Source of the DNA: Candidatus Hodarchaeota archaeon
Lineage (GTDB): Archaea; Asgardarchaeota; Lokiarchaeia; Sigyniarchaeales; SOKP01
Length of the DNA: 64,000 nucleotides
Assembly (NCBI GenBank): GCA_048886685.1
Contig: JBHLKM010000008.1
Location: 107,897 to 171,896, forward strand
Direction of reading: 5' to 3'
Shown in pieces: positions 32,078 through 41,264 of the stretch (positions are counted from its first letter, which is position 1; each line of letters opens with the position of its first letter). The notes beneath the pieces are model-generated. The model was not told the DNA's origin and made no database searches. It worked only from the letters and a program-made list of their open reading frames with translations. Both the position numbers and the translations under genes were made by a program.

Positions 32078-33212
32078 ATGAAAATTAGCGAGGATTGTCT
32101 TTTTTTTTTTGGTTTTTCTCCTGAAACTACGAAGTTTAGTCAAGTTTATAATGCAATCTCTGATTTTATGGAGAATAAGCATAAAATTGATCCTTCTGGG
32201 AGATTTAATTTTATCCTATTTCTTCATGATGGACCAAATTATTTAAATCATTTTACTCTCGACTCAGAATATGTTTTAAAGACCTTAAAATTATTAAAGA
32301 ATGATATTATAAAGACTAATACTTTTAGGGGTTTTTTAATTGCTCTTTCTCTACTTATTGAAAACTTTAAAAGAACTTCAGAAAAAATATATCGATTGCT
32401 AGTTCTATTAGATGAAAATGCTTATAAAATTCCCCTCGATGAATTTCCCTTAATAGAAAAATTGGCTAAAGATGTCAGGAATCTGCCATTTTATATAGAT
32501 ATAATACGTATAGGAACAAATGAAAATGAAGAGAATCAATTCTTAAAAAGAATAGCAACTTCCGTTAATGGAGAATTTAATCAAATAAAAAATGTTCAAG
32601 AACTGAAACCATTATTAAATAAACTCGCAGTAAAAACCTTTAAAATGGAATATCTATACTCAAAATATAAATTAAATATATATCAGAAAGAAACCTACGA
32701 ATTTTTTATCAGCCTGGCGGATAAACCTAAGGTTTTTAATGAACTTACATCTTGCTCAATTTGTTTTCAGGATGATATTGAAGGTATTGTGCAATGTCCT
32801 TCATGTGGAACATTGGTACATAAAATATGTTGGGCACAATGGGCTATAAACTCAGTTCAAAAGTACCACATGTTTATAGGTGCCATAACTGCTATTATTT
32901 ATTGAAACTTGATCAGAATTTTGTATTTGATGTTCAAATCGGGACAATTCCTCTAATTTCAAAATTAAATAACATAAAAAAAAAAATTCCAATGATTATT
33001 TAATAAAATTGGAATCTAAAATTGATCTTCAGATTATAAAAGCTGAGGATCCAATGGTTTCAGAAATTAGAACGATAATTGAATCAAAAAAGAGTAATTC
33101 AGAAAGTATTGAGAATGACGAAATTATAACAGTTCAAATCTGCCCTATTTGCAATGATGTCGTATATGGTAAAAGAAAAAATTGTCAAGTTTGTGGTTTT
33201 CTTTTATCATGA
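32078..33212 (+). pseudogene. vWA domain + C4HC3 (PHD/RINGv-like) finger + C-terminal Zn ribbon, broken by two single-A deletions
   Basis: Adding one A at 32859-32862 and one at 32976-32986 joins ORFs 32057..32905 and 33009..33212 and completes CSIC..CPSC..HKIC..CHNC. Confidence 0.75.
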
Positions 33213-33214
33213 GT

Positions 33215-33230
33215 AAAATCATATGATTTT
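33215..33230. repeat. Perfect 16-bp palindrome AAAATCATATGATTTT at the repeat junction
   Basis: Self-complementary; 2 nt before repeat copy 2. Confidence 0.85.
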
Positions 33231-33232
33231 CT

Positions 33233-33337
33233 ATGGCTAAAGGAGGGACTTATGCTGAGCTATACAACAATTATTTCAGGCACCAGAGTCTTGAATACAT
33301 CGAAAAAATGAAAGAAATTGTACAAAACAAGACTTAA
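33233..33337 (+). repeat. 105-bp direct repeat, copy 2 (orphan ABC gene 3' end)
   Basis: Encodes MAKGGTYAELYNNYFRHQSLEYIEKMKEIVQNKT*, versus MAKGGTYAELYNTYFRHQSLEYIEKMREIVENKT* in copy 1. Confidence 0.95.
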
Positions 33338-33399
33338 TAAGAAAAAAGAAAAATGAAAATAAATGAGTTTATCTGCTAGTCCTCATTAAAATACCCATT

Positions 33400-35208
33400 T
33401 CAAGTTCTATGTATGCTTGTTCTAAAGCTATTGGCTTCTACAAGAAGATTTTTCAGACCATAATGTAAGACAAATGAGCCAAATGCTATAAAGAAAATAA
33501 AGAGTCCTGGCCAGATCGTTGCCCAAGGAGCATCATATAAGTGTGATCTCGCTATATCAACATCTTTACCTAATCCAAAAGAATCAGAGAATCCTAAAAA
33601 TCCAAATGATTCATAAATTAAAACGAATATACCAAATGCTAATGGAATATAGATAACTATATTCTTCAAAGAGGTTAAAATATTTTTTTTACTTAATGGA
33701 ACATTAGCGATTCCTCGAGTAAACAGAGGAATTAGTAAAATCCCTGAAAGAATCGTGATTACATCGATAATATGACCAACAATATTAATAAATAAAGGAA
33801 TAACCATTATTATGGGAATAATAAAAATAATAATCAATATTACCTCAATCGCTCTGTTAACGTATCTATGTAAGCTAGAAATAAATCCAAATATTATTCC
33901 CCCAGCTAAACCTATAATAATAGCTCCAAATCCGTATAACAATACACCACGAAGACCATATAACACCCTTGCAAACACATCACGTCCCAATTCTGTTTGT
34001 CCAAGAACATGGGCATCTGATGGGAGATTCCATGCATCAGCGAATACATCATTAGCTTCTTCAATAGTGAACCCTGAGATTGGCCCAGCAAAGATTGCAC
34101 AAACCACAATACCTATCGTGACTATCAAGCCAAGTAGGATTAATGGGTTTTTAATAAGGTAAAGGGGAGAATATTTTAGGAATTTTTTTAAATCCCTTCT
34201 AGAGGTAGTTCCCCGATTATCTTCACTTGGATTTGATTCTTCATTTTGTAATGTAGGGGAATTTTGTTCAGTAGCATGTTGTCTATCGAATTTTAAGAAT
34301 GAAACAATACTATAAATTATGCTTGAAATAAATGTTAATACTACCAAAAATATCAGAAATACGAATATTACTCCTCTTATTACATTTGGATCACTATTCA
34401 TTATACCCCTGAGAAAAACCTCACTTAATAAATGTAAATTAAAAGTAATTTCTATTAAGGAGTAAAAGATCATAATGAAATTAAAAATCATCATGGTTTT
34501 CATAGTGTGTGAAAGAATAGATTTTTCGTTTAGTTTTCGCTCCATATTAGACCGAGTTTGCCAAGCCACGAATGCGATAATTGCAGGAGTTATCGTAACG
34601 GTAGGCAGGATAAGGTGTTCAATCCTATCTAGGGCTAAGTAGATTTGTCCGGATAATCTAGCATCCAATATCGGAAATCCTGTTATTTCTGCTGGATCTG
34701 GATACCCAGGATTCTTAAATCCAATAGCAGGGAATCTACCTAAGAAGAGCATTAAACTACTGTGGGTTTCCCCCCCGATAAAACTATTATATTGGAAAAT
34801 CATTCCAAGGAAAAATATTGGAAATGCAATGCCAAGAGCAATAGACAATTGAATCAATTTATTTTTACATGTCCCCCTTAATTTAAATGAGGTTCTTCCA
34901 AGAGCAATTCCGCCTATTAATCCTAATAGAATTGGAACCCAAAGAAATTCAATCGTTCGAAAAAGTCGAAAAGAGCCAACAAGCTCAGTGACGGGCATTC
35001 CTGCATAAATACTCGACGAAACACCCCAATCATCTGAAAAAAAATCACCCAAATAATCTAAGAATGTTAAATCGGGAGTATTTGCAATCTGAATAAAAAA
35101 TGCATAGCTAATTAATAATCCAACGAATAAGAGAGTAATCGCTATTACGAAGCAGGCAATTATATTTATGAGAAATTGCATTTGTTTTCTATTAGAACTA
35201 AATATCAT
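33400..35208 (-). CDS. Fused DppB-DppC peptide ABC permease
   Basis: DppB-like DWGVS and EHLILP..TRSNM; DppC-like HVLGQTELGRDVFARVLYG, GFLGF, APWATIWPG. Confidence 0.8.
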   Translation of the reverse strand: MIFSSNRKQMQFLINIIACFVIAITLLFVGLLISYAFFIQIANTPDLTFLDYLGDFFSDDWGVSSSIYAGMPVTELVGSFRLFRTIEFLWVPILLGLIGGIALGRTSFKLRGTCKNKLIQLSIALGIAFPIFFLGMIFQYNSFIGGETHSSLMLFLGRFPAIGFKNPGYPDPAEITGFPILDARLSGQIYLALDRIEHLILPTVTITPAIIAFVAWQTRSNMERKLNEKSILSHTMKTMMIFNFIMIFYSLIEITFNLHLLSEVFLRGIMNSDPNVIRGVIFVFLIFLVVLTFISSIIYSIVSFLKFDRQHATEQNSPTLQNEESNPSEDNRGTTSRRDLKKFLKYSPLYLIKNPLILLGLIVTIGIVVCAIFAGPISGFTIEEANDVFADAWNLPSDAHVLGQTELGRDVFARVLYGLRGVLLYGFGAIIIGLAGGIIFGFISSLHRYVNRAIEVILIIIFIIPIIMVIPLFINIVGHIIDVITILSGILLIPLFTRGIANVPLSKKNILTSLKNIVIYIPLAFGIFVLIYESFGFLGFSDSFGLGKDVDIARSHLYDAPWATIWPGLFIFFIAFGSFVLHYGLKNLLVEANSFRTSIHRT

Positions 35209-35415
35209 TATTTTGGTTCAAACCTCATATAATTTTAAAAACTATTTTTTAGAGATTTCTGATGTTATTAATTTATTACAGTAGATTGAAACTATAAAAA
35301 TGTTTTCACTAATCAAAATTGTTTCAAATTTATCATGAATCAACAAAATTTTAAATTTTAATTAAAATAAATTAAGATAAGTTAGACCCAAATTAAAAAA
35401 AATGAGGAATTTAAA

Positions 35416-35787
35416 TTGGTTGAATTTATTAAAGGAAAATTATTAGCGGCGCTATTATTAGCTCTTGTCGGTTCTGTATTATTAGTAATTGGTGGTATTC
35501 TTGGAATTTCTCTACCTGAAATGGAACCTATTTTGGAAGAAGAACCTATCCTCTTTATGACATTCATTTTACCCATAATTTTAGGCCTTATTGGTATTGC
35601 TGGTGCTGCTTTAACGATAATTGAAAAAAATGATTTGAACTATATTATAATAATCGTTGGATTAATTGCGGTTATAGGAATATTCATACCTCTTATAGAT
35701 GAATACCCATTGGTGATGACCCTCCTTTATATTGATCCATTTCTGATTTTAATCGGGGGAATCCTCAGTGTAGTAATTAATGAATAA
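35416..35787 (+). CDS. Small 4-TM membrane protein
   Basis: Four hydrophobic segments; GAGG SD before TTG. Confidence 0.7.
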   Translation: MVEFIKGKLLAALLLALVGSVLLVIGGILGISLPEMEPILEEEPILFMTFILPIILGLIGIAGAALTIIEKNDLNYIIIIVGLIAVIGIFIPLIDEYPLVMTLLYIDPFLILIGGILSVVINE

Positions 35788-35920
35788 TACGCCTAGCCAC
35801 ATTTTTTTATCTAATTTTTTAGAAAATATAAAAGAAATTATGAAAAACAAGATATAACAAGAGAAATAAGAATAAAATTTTATTCCTTTTAATCACAATT
35901 TGAGATTTCTAATCAAGGAT

Positions 35921-37270
35921 CTATAGCCGAATATAGCGTTCTCTTTCCCAATCACTCACAACAACTCTATAAGCATCAAATTCCTCTAATTTAGCATAGT
36001 AGTAATTCTTAAATGCTGTTTCACCAAATATTTCTTTCATTGATTCAGATTCTTTAAACTCCAATAACGCTTCATGTAAACTACCGGGTAGAGATACAAT
36101 ACCTTCCTTTTCCATTTCTTTACTGGAAAGATGGTAAACATTTCTATCTGTTGGTTCAGATATTTCAATGTCATCTGATAATACACCTTCCAAACCTGTA
36201 GTTAAAAGCACGGCAAACTGAAGATATGGATTTCCAGACGGATCTGGGCATCGAATTTCACATCGAGCGGCATTAGGTCTACCGTGAAAATCAGGTACCC
36301 TAATCAGAGGTGACCTGTTACGAAATCCCCAAGCAAGATATACAGGGGCCTCATAACCTGGGACGAGTCTTTTATATGAATTTGGCCAGCTACTTAGAAC
36401 AGCACACATGGCTCTTGAATGTTTTAATTGACCTGCTATCCATTTCTTCATTGTTAGTGATATATTATCTTGATCGTTTTCATCATAAAATGCATTATTA
36501 CCATTTTTCCATAATGACTGATGTACATGCATACCTGAACCATTAATTCCATGAAAGGGTTTTGCCATGAAAGTTCCAGTAAGATTGTGGTTTGCTGCAA
36601 CCGTTTTGACTATTGTTTTAATAGTTATTGTATTGTCAGCGGTATTCACAGCCTCATCATAACGAAAATCAATCTCATGTTGACCATAAGCAACTTCATG
36701 ATGAATACACTCAACATTAATTCCCATTGCATCACTATATTCTGCAATTGTATATCTTATCATCTCATTTTTATCATATGGATCATAATCGAAATATCCT
36801 CTCATATCTGATGGTTTAAATTCTGCTTTAGTATCTGGAGTTAGTATAAAAAATTCCATTTCAGGTGCACAAAAATATTTATAACCATGTTCTTTTGCCT
36901 TATTTGTAGCACGCTGTAAAATATAACGAGGATCCCCCTCATATCGTTCACCATCAGGTTTATAAATATCACAAATAACTCGAGCAACCTTGTTTTCTTT
37001 TCGCCATGGTAAGAGGTAAAAAGTGCTCGGATCAGGAAGTGCAACTTTATCAGATTCCTCAATAGCTCCATATCCTGTTATCGAACTTCCATCAAAATTT
37101 TCTCCTACTTCAAAAATATCTTCAATTCTCTTAGAATTAATCTCAAATGATTTAATAATTCCATGAATATCTGTAAATTGAAGATAGATAAATTTAATCC
37201 CTTCCTCCTTAATCCTCTCTATCACAGCATCACACATTTCTTTCCTTTTTGGATTATCTTTTTCAATCAT
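35921..37270 (-). CDS. glnA: Glutamine synthetase type I
   Basis: LQFTDIHG, FDGSSI, HHEVA.GQHEI, NGSGMHVHQS, YKRLVPGYEAP, NRSPLIRVP, EIRCPDP. Confidence 0.97.
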   Translation of the reverse strand: MIEKDNPKRKEMCDAVIERIKEEGIKFIYLQFTDIHGIIKSFEINSKRIEDIFEVGENFDGSSITGYGAIEESDKVALPDPSTFYLLPWRKENKVARVICDIYKPDGERYEGDPRYILQRATNKAKEHGYKYFCAPEMEFFILTPDTKAEFKPSDMRGYFDYDPYDKNEMIRYTIAEYSDAMGINVECIHHEVAYGQHEIDFRYDEAVNTADNTITIKTIVKTVAANHNLTGTFMAKPFHGINGSGMHVHQSLWKNGNNAFYDENDQDNISLTMKKWIAGQLKHSRAMCAVLSSWPNSYKRLVPGYEAPVYLAWGFRNRSPLIRVPDFHGRPNAARCEIRCPDPSGNPYLQFAVLLTTGLEGVLSDDIEISEPTDRNVYHLSSKEMEKEGIVSLPGSLHEALLEFKESESMKEIFGETAFKNYYYAKLEEFDAYRVVVSDWERERYIRL

Positions 37271-37296
37271 TTTTTATAACTCTTTTAGTTGTTATT

Positions 37297-37668
37297 TTAT
37301 TCATAAATTAGAGATGAATCTTTTTTACTCCTCATAAACGTGGAAAAATCTTTTATGGTTAATGCTTTTCGAATGTTTTCTGAATTCAAATTTAACTTAT
37401 TATTAGGTTCACAATTCCAGTCGTAGGATGCTCTTTCGTGAATTGCAAAATTATTGGGTTCTGGAGTTAAATCTTTAATTAGTTCACAAGTTTTACTTGT
37501 TTTAAACGCAATTGTATCAATACCTAAAAAAATTGAACAATTCCATTTATTATTGTCTCGACCTCCAAAATCTGTTAATCCACTAGATATAGAATAATCT
37601 TCACACTCCTGACAGATTTTACTATCATAACGGTACTTTTTTCCACAAACAGGACATTTTATTTCCAT
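37297..37668 (-). CDS. Zn-ribbon protein ending LIYE (paralog A), first gene of the glnA operon
   Basis: CPVCGKKYRYDSKICQECE..KWNC; 26-nt gap to glnA. Confidence 0.75.
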   Translation of the reverse strand: MEIKCPVCGKKYRYDSKICQECEDYSISSGLTDFGGRDNNKWNCSIFLGIDTIAFKTSKTCELIKDLTPEPNNFAIHERASYDWNCEPNNKLNLNSENIRKALTIKDFSTFMRSKKDSSLIYE

Positions 37669-37764
37669 TTTTTCATATTCTCTCTCATTTAATTTTTGAT
37701 TTAATTAATTTTTCAAAAAGAAATATACGTATATTGCCAAATTAAATCAATTTTTATTTTTATA

Positions 37765-37780
37765 TGGGATTTAAACCCCA
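37765..37780 (-). promoter_or_regulatory. GGG-N8-CCCA box upstream of the glnA operon
   Basis: TGGGGTTTAAATCCCA on the minus strand, 30 nt downstream of TATA-like TTTATATATA (37811-37820). Confidence 0.7.
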
Positions 37781-38017
37781 TTTTTTATCCTTTAACAATA
37801 AATGTGATCGTATATATAAAAATCTTTTGATCAATTATCTCAAATATTCATTTCTTGATAAAAATGTTAACAATATATTTAATAATCATTGAATAAAGTG
37901 ACCGATTGATTATTTAGAAATTTTTTGTCGTTATAGAGAATGATCATTTGAATATTTTTTATTGCTTTATTTAATCAAATGCATACTTTTATAATTATTT
38001 CATAACTATCTATTAAT

Positions 38018-38521
38018 ATGGTTGTTAATTCTAAGATAGTTAACTTATCTGATTTGGATAAGAAGATCCTAACTAAACTAGACGAAGATGGAAGATTATC
38101 ATTTCGTCATCTTGCTAAAGACTTAGAAGTAGGTTCACCTGTAACCATTAAAAATCATGTTGAGAATTTAGAAGAAAAGGGTGTTATTAAAAATTATGGA
38201 GTACAGATTGATTATGAAAAACTAGGGTATGATATTATCGCTCTTATTGAATTAACGGTTTCAAAAGGTAAAATGCTTGAAGTTGAAAATAAATTAGCCC
38301 AGAACCCAAACATTTTTGCTGTGTATGATATTACAGGAACATATGATGCTCTTATTCTTGCGAGATTTAAAACTAGGGCGGAGCTAAGCGAAATGATAAA
38401 AGAAGAAATACATACTTCTCCCTATGTTGAACGAACTAATACTCATATAGTTTTAAATATTATTAAAGAGGAATTTTCTTTTAAAAATTTGATAGAAAAA
38501 GAAGGAATAGAACTTCAATAG
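38018..38521 (+). CDS. Lrp/AsnC family transcriptional regulator
   Basis: LSDLDKKIL..DGRLS HTH, LEEKGVIK, LGYDI, ITGTYD. Confidence 0.93.
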   Translation: MVVNSKIVNLSDLDKKILTKLDEDGRLSFRHLAKDLEVGSPVTIKNHVENLEEKGVIKNYGVQIDYEKLGYDIIALIELTVSKGKMLEVENKLAQNPNIFAVYDITGTYDALILARFKTRAELSEMIKEEIHTSPYVERTNTHIVLNIIKEEFSFKNLIEKEGIELQ

Positions 38522-38540
38522 CAATCTAAAGCGAGGATAC

Positions 38541-38696
38541 TGAAAACGTTCAACAAAAATCATTAATTATTAATACTAGGATTGAATCCAAAGATAAATG
38601 TTCACTGAAATAAATCTTTATGTTTAAAATGTTCACAAAATCGAATATTCTGTAGACTATTTACTATTTTTAATATGAAAAAATATAAAATGTTCA
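38541..38696 (+). promoter_or_regulatory. Array of AAAYGTTCA repeats, candidate Lrp binding sites
   Basis: GTTCA cores at 38548, 38600, 38631, 38692. Confidence 0.45.
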
Positions 38697-38880
38697 ATAA
38701 CCTTACACAAAACTTAAATAGAAGAAGATTTTCACTGAATAATTTTCATAAGAAACGTATAATATTAATAGATCTTTCATTTATATTTAACTATTCTTGT
38801 CGAAAGGTTTAGAAAAATTATGAAAAGACATAATTTCTTTCAATAAATTATAAATAGAAGTTCTCCTTTAGTAATAAATA

Positions 38881-38896
38881 AGGGAACTTGTTCCCA
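38881..38896 (+). promoter_or_regulatory. GGG-N8-CCCA box upstream of the wHTH/Zn-ribbon/hdrBC/glt operon
   Basis: AGGGAACTTGTTCCCA, about 25 nt after TATA-like TTATAAATA (38848-38856). Confidence 0.7.
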
Positions 38897-38965
38897 CAAA
38901 TAAAAAAATAAGACATAAAAGAGGTAAAAAAAAATAAAAAAATTTTTTGAAAGGAGGTTTTAAAA

Positions 38966-39181
38966 ATAACAGTTCAAGAGTATTTTCGAACATGGGAAGA
39001 AATTTGCTTGGAAAAACTAAAAGAAATAGGAAGATGCTCAGCAGCCGAATGGGCTAGGGCAATGGGATATGGAGATAATCGTAATGGTGTGACAACAGTA
39101 ATAAAACGAATAAAAAAAACTATGCCTGAAAGGTTAACGGTTTATTATAACACCAGGCCACGATTATATGAAGCTGTATAA
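38966..39181 (+). CDS. Small winged-HTH protein, 71 aa, ATA start; absent from the ORF track
   Basis: (M)TVQEYFRTWEEICLEKLKEIGRCSAAEWARAMGYGDNRNGVTTVIKRIKKTMPERLTVYYNTRPRLYEAV*; GGAGGT SD 7 nt upstream; in-frame TGA at 38948. Confidence 0.7.
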   Translation: MTVQEYFRTWEEICLEKLKEIGRCSAAEWARAMGYGDNRNGVTTVIKRIKKTMPERLTVYYNTRPRLYEAV

Positions 39182-39211
39182 ACAGAATATTAAAGTAGAG
39201 TGTGAATTAAG

Positions 39212-39724
39212 ATGCCATTAAAATGCCAAATTTGTGGAAAAGAATATTTATATGATGGAAAGATATGCCATAGCTGCGAAGAGAGTGCCATTACAAGTGG
39301 TTTGACATCTCGAGAGGGATATGAACATAAGTGGAGATGTGATAATTTTATTGAACCGAATGGTTTAGTATTTGGAAGCAATTTAAATAAGAGAAGAGAG
39401 TTTACATTAAAATTAATTGAATGTCCTGAATGTGGAGAAAAGTATTCCTATGGCAGAAAAATCTGTCATGTCTGTGAAGGTAATTTATTGCCGTTTGGAA
39501 CGTTATTCGATTCAGATCGCAAGGCACGTAGGTGGAATTGTGAAACAGTATTAGCTTGTATAGAGATATTGTCATCTAATTTAGATACTACTGAGACCAT
39601 TGTAAAAGATGTACCCCATTTAGAAAAACTCGAGAAAACTGATTATAAATGGAATCAAGTTTCGACTATAAAATATAATAATGAACAAATAGATGGGAAG
39701 AACAAGCTTCTGATCTATGAATAA
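39212..39724 (+). CDS. Double Zn-ribbon protein ending LIYE (paralog B)
   Basis: Two CxxCGxxYxYxxKICxxCE..WxC repeats. Confidence 0.75.
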   Translation: MPLKCQICGKEYLYDGKICHSCEESAITSGLTSREGYEHKWRCDNFIEPNGLVFGSNLNKRREFTLKLIECPECGEKYSYGRKICHVCEGNLLPFGTLFDSDRKARRWNCETVLACIEILSSNLDTTETIVKDVPHLEKLEKTDYKWNQVSTIKYNNEQIDGKNKLLIYE

Positions 39725-39920
39725 ATATCATTTTTTAAATTCAAGATTATTAAAAAAAAGTAAAAATAATGAATATAACTCAGGTTAAAATTATGAGCAT
39801 TGTAGTAGTAAAGAAGGTAGCTTATACATCTAATTAAAATTAAGTTATTTCTTTATGGTTTTACTTAATATTTTCATTTTATTTTAAAGTAACTTAATGT
39901 AATTAAAGAGGTTAAAAAAA

Positions 39921-41261
39921 ATTCAACAAGAGATAATGTTATTTCCAGGATGCGTGATAGTAAATAGATTTCCCTTTATTGAAGTCTCAATAAGGAAAGT
40001 ATTTGATCATCTGGGAATATCTTTTACTGAAAATCCCAAATTTTCTTGTTGTCCAGATCCAAATGGCATTAAAAATTCTAATAAGTTATTATATTCTATT
40101 ACCGCAGCTCGCAATATTGCTCTTGCTGAGTTAGAAAATAAAGCAATATTAACACCCTGTAACGGATGCTTTAGCACATTAAAAAAAGTCAAAAGTGAAA
40201 TCGATACAGATCACCATTTCAAAAGGAAAATCAATAGTTATTTAGATAAGATTGATATCAAGGTTGAGGGAAAGACTGAAGTATTCCATATGGTTGATTT
40301 CATTTTCAAATTTAAGAGAGACACTATCAGGGATAATTTAATATATCCACTGACGGGATTAAGAGTTGCTGTGCATTATGGATGTCATTTTCTTAGACCA
40401 AGCAATAAAGTTCAGATAGATGATCCCTTGGAACCAGCAATCTTTGATGACTTAATTAAGGATTTAGGTGCTGAAAGTATAGATTATAATCTTAAAATGG
40501 ATTGTTGTGGGGGAATTCTCGAGAGAGCTGGAAATTCAAGTTTATCATTAGAAATTATTAAAGCAAAATTAGAAAGCATGAAAGAAAAAGATGTGGATTG
40601 CATTGTTGTTTGCTGTCCTCAATGTTATATGCAATTTGATCATTTACAACAGGAAATGAAAAAATTTGACTTTAATTATGACATTCCTGTGCTATATTAT
40701 TCAGAATTATTATCTCTCGCATTAGGGCTAGATCTCCGAGATATTATTAAAAAGCATCATAGAACCCAAGTTGATTCACTTTTTGAAAAGATCGATCTCA
40801 TCCAAGAGAAAAATAAGGAGATAAGAAAATTCTTCGATCTTACCTTTTTACTTAAATGCTATTCATGTGGGGCATGCGATGACGATTGTATTATCTCAAA
40901 GATGACCGAATTTAGTCCGAAGGCACTCATAGGCAATATTATCAAAGGAAAAATTGATCAGGTAATCTCAGATCCTTCTATTTGGATGTGTCTCGACTGT
41001 TATTTGTGTTATGAGCTTTGTCCGATGGGAATTGGCCTAATTGAAATTTTTACTATATTACGAAATTTAGCAAAAGAAAGAGGTTTTATCACTAAAGGAT
41101 TTGAAAAGGAATTTAACGCTTTTTACAAAAAAGGAATAGTAGGAATGCCTTCGAAGGCAGCACGATCTAGAGTTGGATTACCATCACATATACCGGATGT
41201 TGGAGATTTGAAAGATTTGTTTAATGTAGTAGAAAGAGAGAATACAAAACTAGAGGAATAA
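39921..41261 (+). CDS. Heterodisulfide reductase HdrB-HdrC fusion (probable ATT start; ORF track start ATG 39936)
   Basis: Two CCG domains (FPGC..SCCPDP..PCNGC; HYGCH..CCGG..CCPQC) followed by CYSCGACDDDC and CLDCYLCYELCP. Confidence 0.88.
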   Translation: MQQEIMLFPGCVIVNRFPFIEVSIRKVFDHLGISFTENPKFSCCPDPNGIKNSNKLLYSITAARNIALAELENKAILTPCNGCFSTLKKVKSEIDTDHHFKRKINSYLDKIDIKVEGKTEVFHMVDFIFKFKRDTIRDNLIYPLTGLRVAVHYGCHFLRPSNKVQIDDPLEPAIFDDLIKDLGAESIDYNLKMDCCGGILERAGNSSLSLEIIKAKLESMKEKDVDCIVVCCPQCYMQFDHLQQEMKKFDFNYDIPVLYYSELLSLALGLDLRDIIKKHHRTQVDSLFEKIDLIQEKNKEIRKFFDLTFLLKCYSCGACDDDCIISKMTEFSPKALIGNIIKGKIDQVISDPSIWMCLDCYLCYELCPMGIGLIEIFTILRNLAKERGFITKGFEKEFNAFYKKGIVGMPSKAARSRVGLPSHIPDVGDLKDLFNVVERENTKLEE

Positions 41262-41264
41262 TTT

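Noticed and set aside
39769-39837. 22-codon ORF MNITQVKIMSIVVVKKVAYTSN before hdrBC, plus a weak inverted repeat at about 39839-39898
   Set aside because: No Gln/Glu-rich leader signature; expected by chance in AT-rich DNA.
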